From assembly GCF_006345805.1 (NCBI RefSeq), contig NW_021835172.1, forward strand, positions 1-42,326: a stretch of 42,326 nt of DNA, written 5' to 3'. Below, piece after piece: positions 35,940 to 42,326 of the stretch. The notes beneath the pieces are model-generated. The model was not told the DNA's origin, ran no database searches, and was given only the letters and a program-made list of their open reading frames with translations. The DNA comes from Octopus sinensis. Taxonomy: Eukaryota. Positions within the stretch are counted from its first letter, which is position 1. The number at the start of each line of letters is the position of its first letter. A program made the position numbers and the translations under genes.

Positions 35940-36290
35940 ACGCTAGCACTACACAAACAAATAGGAGCACTCCGTCGGTTACGACGACGAGGGTCCAGCT
36001 GATACAATCAACGGAACAGCTTTGCTCGTGAAATTAACGTGCAAGTGACTGAGCAATCCACAGACACGCGTACCGCTAACGTAGGTCTCAGGGAGATTCA
36101 GCGTGACACAGAGTGTGACAATGCCGGCCCTTTGAAATACAGGTACAACTCATTTTTGCCAGCTGAGTGAACTGGAGCAACGTGAAATAAAGTGTCTTGT
36201 TCAAGGACACAACTCGTCGCCGGGAATTGAACTCACGACCTTACAATCGTGAGCCGAATGCCCTAACCACTAAGCCACGCGCCTTCACAA
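35940..36290 (-). mobile_element. SINE family 3, specific to the last intron of copy 2
   Basis: Head GGCGCGTGGCTTAGTGGTTAGGG...GAGTTCAATTCCC on the minus strand. Confidence 0.85.
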
Positions 36291-36336
36291 ACAAATAAAA
36301 GAATGAGAAAAGATAGATAAAAAAAGGCGCACTTAC

Positions 36337-36505
36337 TCATGCATGGCAGCTGGAATTTGAAGTGGACGAAAATGAAATAGAAAATAGTTCCTCCAGCGAT
36401 TAAAAGAAAGGCGTAGAGAAAACGGACATCGGGATTTTGTACAATTGGTGCTACCACCAGATATATGGAGATAATGAGCATTACAATTGGTACTAGGATG
36501 AAAAC
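36337..36505 (-). CDS. SLC7A9: SLC7A9-like copy 2 exon G'
   Basis: minus strand tttaag|GTTTTC...ATGA|gtaagt; encodes VFILVPIVMLIISIYLVVAPIVQNPDVRFLYAFLLIAGGTIFYFIFVHFKFQLPCM. Confidence 0.95.
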
Positions 36506-36588
36506 CTTAAAAGAAGATAAAGAAGAAATTCTTAAAATTAATCTTGGTTTCATTGAAAACAAAAGGGATTAGCAATCAAAATGTTTAA

Positions 36589-36814
36589 CGTTTTAGCATT
36601 CAGATCCTTCTGCCAAGCGTAATTCTTATTCATTCAAATTGTTTTGAATTAATAATGAATTATCTTGTAGCTTTGAGATTTTGATGATGTGATTGTTTAC
36701 TTTTGGAATGACATTGTTGGGTAGGTGTGAGAAGCCAGATTTGGCTGGTTTGAGCATAAAACAAGATATTTGGTCTGGATATGTCCGGATATGACCGGTT
36801 TAAATGCCAAAGGG
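36589..36814. mobile_element. piggyBac-type MITE, specific to copy 2
   Basis: TTAA at 36585-36588 and 36815-36818; ends CGTTTTAGCATT / AATGCCAAAGGG; related fragment at about 32645-32815; empty site near 20360 in copy 1. Confidence 0.75.
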
Positions 36815-38345
36815 TTAATAAGGATTATAATCTCTTTATTTTTTTATCTTGTACTTGTTTCAGTGATTAGACTCTGGCCATGCTGGGGCTCTGCCTCGAA
36901 AAACTTTAGTTGAATGACTCAACCCCACTACTTATTTTTAAAGCCTCGTACATATTCTTTCAGTCACTTTTGCCAGACCAATGAGTAACAGGGATGTAAA
37001 CACACCAACACTGGTTGTCAAGTGTGTGTGTGTGTCTTTGTGTCAGAATTTGTTGGTGTTTATATTCCCATAACTTAACAGTTCAGCAAAAGAAATTGAT
37101 AAAATAAATATCAGGTTTAAAAAACGTACTGGGGTTGGTTCATTCAACTAAAAATTCTTCAAGGCAGTGCCCCAGCATGGCCACGTCTAATAACAAAATC
37201 CATTTCAGAAAAAATTAAATAAAAAGATGTCTACCATGTGTTCTGAAAATGCAATCTATAAACAGAAAAGCAACGACACGCAGGGACACAGCTTGCTTAC
37301 CGTTGCTCCATCGGTTATGATGGTGAGTGTTCCAGTTGATCCAATCAATGGAAGAGGCTGCACATGAAATTGCACGTGCAAGTGGATGAGTACTCCACAG
37401 ACATGCGTACTCTTAACGTAGTTCTCAGAGAGATTCAGCATGACAAAGAATGTGACAAGGCTGGCCCATTTGAAATACAGATATTACTTATTTCTAGCCA
37501 GCTGAGTGGACTGGGGCAATGTGAAATAAAGGGTCTTGCTTAAGGACACATAGCGCTGCCGGGAATCGAACTTACAACCTTACGATTGTGAGCCAAATAC
37601 GCTAACCACTAAACCACGTTCCTTCACAGGGACACAACATGATTTAACGATTAAGGAGTTTGCTTTGTAACCACGAGACACAGATGTGGCTGTCTGGTTA
37701 AGAAACTTCTCAACAAACGTGGTCTCAGGTTCAATCCCACTGCATGGCATTCAAGGAACGTATCTTCTACTGCCAATCCAGGATGACCAAATCCTTGTGA
37801 GTTTTACCAAGTTCAATCAGAGACTGAAAGAAGCTCGTCATGTCTGTATATATTTGTATGTCTGTATATATTTGTATGTATGTATATATTTGTATGTCTG
37901 TATATATTTGTATGTATGTATATATTTGTATGTATGTATATATTTGTATGTATGTGCTCAGTTCCTTCTTTACTGCTCAGCAGGTATTGTCTAAGTGATG
38001 CAATGTGACATTCAAAGGCTGTTTTCACTGACCTTCTGCCTCTGCCACCATCACTTCATCTCACATAAATCCTATTGTTGTCTCTGTTAATGTGGAAATT
38101 GCCAGTGGTGGCCAGTATCTTTCTGGTTTTAATGTCCAGGCTGCGTATCTCGTCAAGTGTCTAGTCCAATGTCCCAAATATTGGCACTTGCACCGGTACT
38201 GCAATAGCATTGTGAGATTTGGTCTTGTTAAATGCAGACATATTCCAGAGTTTCCTGAGTCTACAGAAGTTCTCTTTTGTTATTCTAGCTTTAGGCACAG
38301 CACCAATGTATGCAAACATTCTCATCGTTTCCGTATGTATGCATG

Positions 38346-38408
<63 letters not shown>

Positions 38409-38629
38409 CTCCTCATCTTGACACCATGTGATATCTGTAAGCGAGCATCACCGTCATACAAGCAGTGTTATTCATTCCCAATGTTATGTGGAAACATATC
38501 TGCCCATAGGGAAATATTACCTTGCTTCAAACCAGGTGAGGGTTGGTAACAAGAAATATATCCGTGTGTGTGGAGGGTGCGTGTGTGTGGGCGTGGGTGT
38601 GGTGTGTGTGTGTGTGTGTGTCTACTTAC

Positions 38630-38779
38630 CTTGAAAGGTCTGGGCTCGTTTTTCTTTGTAAACCTCATTACTATAAGCGACAAGAAAGCCAGTCCATAGA
38701 AAAGCCAGGCAGTAAAACTGAAGAAATCAATTAGTGAAGATATTTCTCCTGGTATTATCATGATTAAAGCCATTGTAGC
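38630..38779 (-). CDS. SLC7A9: SLC7A9-like copy 2 exon F'
   Basis: minus strand tttcag|GCTACA...TTCAAG|gtaagt; encodes [50 protein letters not shown]. Confidence 0.95.
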
Positions 38780-39395
38780 CTGAAAATAAAGCAAAGAATT
38801 CACAGTGTCGGGACAGTTTTAGTACAGTGGGATGTTATAATTGTTTAGAACAGGCATAAAAGAAAGGAGCTCCAGCCATGGCCAGGCTGTTCAATTTTGC
38901 TTTTTTTTATGTGTCTTTTTTTTTCCTGATATAGTTTATATGTTTTTTCTCTTATAGTTTTTTTTGAAAAGTCATTAGAGAGATTTGAGATTCGGGGGAG
39001 AATTGAGGTTCCCTCGGTGGCTCCCACGGGGATGTTTGAAACAGAGTCCGGATATGGCATCTCCTACTTCAATAAAGAGATCTAAAACTAAAAGCAAAAT
39101 ATAGTTATTTAATATCAACCACATGGTTGATCCAAATCAAAAGAAATCTTTGAGCTGACGAAGGAAATGTTGATCTTTATATTCAACTAATCCAGAAACG
39201 GGCCGTTCTCAGGTAATCTTATATACGTGTGATCTTTCGTTATTTTTCCCTCTATACCTGTGTGAGTTATTTTTGAGTATGCATTGTCTGGGAGATTTTT
39301 CTTACAGTAGAAGAAATAGCTAAGATTTTTTGGATGCTATTTCTAAAATGTCCGGTGTGTGGTAAAGTAAATTATTTTACTGAACCCTATTTTTT

Positions 39396-39470
<75 letters not shown>

Positions 39471-40025
39471 CACATACATTATATGCGTACAGGACGTCAC
39501 CAACGGTGCAAATAATATTAAATACGTAAAACAACGAAGGAAAAACAAGTGAAATACGTAAAGAGAAAAATGGAAAACAGGACAAGTAAACAAAAAGAAA
39601 TGAGCCTTCATCAGTTGTCAGCTGTATATCTACTCCTCATTTCGAGTATTTCAACATTTCAACACCTGATGCGTGGTATACTGTGCACCTGTTCAGACAA
39701 CTTTGCTTTGATGGATAGAGTGAGGCAATGTGCGGCACGAGCATTTGATCACTATAAACGAATCATTTGTGCAGGTCATTCGGCAAAGGCTGAACGCACA
39801 TTCATCGTCTCTAACGGGAAAGTCCATCATACAATTTAAATTGAATAAGCGTCACTAACATTGTAATGTTAATAATAATAATAATGTTAATAATAAAGTG
39901 GTTAGAAAGTTTTGACATTATCGCATCTACCGTGTGTATTTTTATAGTAAGTTGTGTTTAGAACGACAGCTCAGTTCATTGAAGTTGTACTTCAATATCC
40001 TTCTGTGTGTGTGTATATATAATAT

Positions 40026-40057
<32 letters not shown>

Positions 40058-40253
40058 ATGCTCTTAGTTTAGTTTTTTCCTTGGTGCTGGCCAGATTGGA
40101 GCAATCTCGAGTATAATCTGGAACTCGCCTGGGGAAAGAAAACTCCGAATGACTCTTCCTTGTTTTCTTTGTATCATATGTCTGGATGTTTTGTTGTCCC
40201 CTGTTTTGTATCACCTAACTGTCTGGATGTATTGCGTTCTTGTCCCGTTTTTG

Positions 40254-40287
<34 letters not shown>

Positions 40288-40429
40288 CACGCACATATGT
40301 ATGTATGCATGCATGTGTCTATGTATGGATATGTCTATGTGTATGTGTATATATGTATGTATATGCACATATAATTTAACAACACAACAGAAAATATAAG
40401 AATGCAGAAGTATCATATACTTGACTTAC

Positions 40430-40526
40430 TAAGAATATAAGGGAGATGACAGGAGTTTTCTTCCTGATGTGAAGATAGGAGAGAACCTGTGGGAGATGAC
40501 CCTCCCTTGCTGCAGCAAAACTCAGC
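40430..40526 (-). CDS. SLC7A9: SLC7A9-like copy 2 exon E'
   Basis: minus strand ctttag|GCTG...TTCTTA|gtaagt; encodes (R)LSFAAAREGHLPQVLSYLHIRKKTPVISLIFL; not in the ORF track. Confidence 0.94.
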
Positions 40527-40664
40527 CTAAAGATGTCAAGATAAGACATTTATAACAGTAATCATGGTAACAATAACACATGCAATATCACAAATGTATA
40601 TGTACGAGTGGGGTGGTGAAAACACCTGTATCAAGTATTGAGGGCACTAACAGAAAGACATATA

Positions 40665-41568
40665 CATCAACCCCAGAGTTTAATCGGTACTTATCTTATC
40701 AATTCCAAAAGGATGAAAGACAAAGTTGACCTCGGTAGAGTTTGAACTCAGAATATAAAGACAGATGAAATGCCACTAAGAATATCACCCGGCGTTCTAA
40801 TAATTCTGCCAGCTCTCCGCCTTAATAGATTTGGTAATATTCTTTTCTACTCTAGGCACAAGGCCCGAAATTTGGGGGGAAGGGGCCAGTCGATAAGATC
40901 GATTCCAGTACGCCACTGGTATTTAATTTATCGACCCCGAAAGGATGAAAGGCGAAATAAACCTCGGCGGAATTTGAACTCAGAACGTAGCGGCAGACGA
41001 AATACCTATTTCGTTACTACCCACAAGGGGCTAAACACAGAGAGGACAAACATAGACAGATAAACGGAATTTGAACTCAGAACGTAGCGGCAGACGAAAT
41101 ACCGCTAAGCATTTCGCCCGGCGTGCTAACGTTTCTGCCAGCTCGTCGCCTTATCTTTGATATAAATATTATTTCCTACACTAGGCACAAGGCCCTAAAT
41201 TTGGGGAGAGGGAGCCAGTCGATTAGGTCGACAACAGAACGCAATTGGTATTTAATTTATCGACCCCTAAAGGATGATAGACGAAGTCAACCTCGGTGGA
41301 ATTTGAACTCAGAACGTAAAGACAGACGAAATACCTATTTCTTTACTACCCACAAGGGGCTAAACACAGAGGGGACAAACAAGGACAGACAAACGGATTA
41401 AGCCGATTACATCGACCCCAGTGCGTAACTGGTACTTAATTTATCAACCTCGAAAGGATGAAAGGCAAAGTCGACCTCGGCGGAATTTGAACTCAGAACG
41501 TAGCGGCAGACGAAATACCGCTAAGCATTTCGCCCGGCGTGCTAACGTTTCTGCTAGTTCACCGCCTT
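40665..41568 (-). mobile_element. Tandem array of family 2 SINEs including two dimeric units
   Basis: Repeated GGAATTTGAACTCAGAACGT bodies; 17-bp direct repeat ATAGATTTGGTAATATT at 40825-40841 and 41569-41585. Confidence 0.85.
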
Positions 41569-42046
41569 ATAGATTTGGTAATATTACAACTCCAAATTAA
41601 AATAAGTATCAGTTGAGTGCTGGGGTCGATGTAATCGATTTTCCCCTTCACCCGAATTTGCTGGCCTCGTGTCAAAATTTTAAACCGATATTACTGTTCT
41701 AAATATTTTGTAATATTACTGCTAAATGGCAAAATCGTTTGCATGCCGGGCAAAATGCTTAGCGGCCTTTCATCCGTCTGTACCTTTTGAGTTCAAATTT
41801 CGCTGAGGTCGAATTCACCTTTCATCCTTTTGGAGGTCAATTGAATAAGTACCAGAATAAGAACACTGGGGTAGATCTAATCAACTTAACCCCTCCCTAA
41901 AAATTACTGGCCTTGTGCCAAATTTCGAAATCAGTATTACTGCTCCAAATAAATTGCAAGAACCTACATGCAGAAAATATGAAAATATTTTGATAATCAT
42001 GTAAAAAACTTCACTGCCATTACCGTCATCATTGACATCATCTTCA

Positions 42047-42289
42047 CCTATTTCTATATTGCCCACAAGGGGATAAACATAGAGAGATAAACAAGGACAG
42101 ACAAAGGGATTAAGTCGTTTACATCGACCCCAGTGCGTAACTGGTACTTAATTTATCGACCCCGAAAGGATGAAAGGCAAAGTCGATCTCGGCGGAATTT
42201 AAACTCAGAACGTAACGGCAGACGAAATTTTCGCTAAGCATTTCGCCCGGCGTGCTAACGATTCTGCCAGTTCGCCGCCTGCAGTTTGC
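42047..42289 (-). mobile_element. SINE family 2 insertion specific to copy 2
   Basis: Flanked by CATCTTCA (42039-42046, 42290-42297); the site is empty in copy 1 near 10025-10032. Confidence 0.85.
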
Positions 42290-42326
42290 CATCTTCAACA
42301 CCACCATCGTCACTTTCTCATCATCC

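Larger units (their letters stand above)
34141..40526 (-). other. SLC7A9: Gene span (5'-partial): SLC7A9-like copy 2, inverted paralog of copy 1
   Basis: Four GT-AG exons (97+150+169+89 nt) splice in frame; exon sizes equal copy 1 exons E-H; long intron segments are reverse-complement homologous to copy 1. Confidence 0.93.

Noticed and set aside
40665-41568. Repeat-spacer-like array resembling CRISPR
   Set aside because: Units are 150-400 bp SINE copies found dispersed across the window; eukaryotic context and no cas genes

Overview
AT-rich, repeat-dense animal genomic DNA, most likely a coleoid cephalopod such as Octopus (inferred from the SINE families and microsatellite load, not verified by a search). 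The window holds the 3' parts of two intron-containing paralogous genes for an SLC7 light-chain amino acid transporter most similar to b(0,+)AT/SLC7A9, arranged tail-to-tail as an inverted duplication. Copy 1 (+) has 8 coding exons from 1661 to the stop at 21488. Copy 2 (-) has 4 coding exons from 40526 to the stop at 34141, and its next upstream exon should lie just past the window end. Both spliced frames are open with GT-AG introns and are about 85% identical in protein (25 differences in 167 aa, counted by hand). Identity between the arms is patchy, suggesting gene conversion, and the putative 3' UTRs differ by about 2.5 kb. The rest is transposon debris: tRNA-derived SINEs including a dimeric form, CR1, RTE and CRE-like LINE remnants, three Penelope-like GIY-YIG remnants, Tc1/mariner/Tigger elements, hAT and piggyBac-type MITEs, a 276-bp palindrome and many microsatellites. 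Most ORFs in the supplied track are microsatellite or SINE artefacts. I found no convincing wholly new biological system. Repeat boundaries are approximate unless TIRs or TSDs are quoted.
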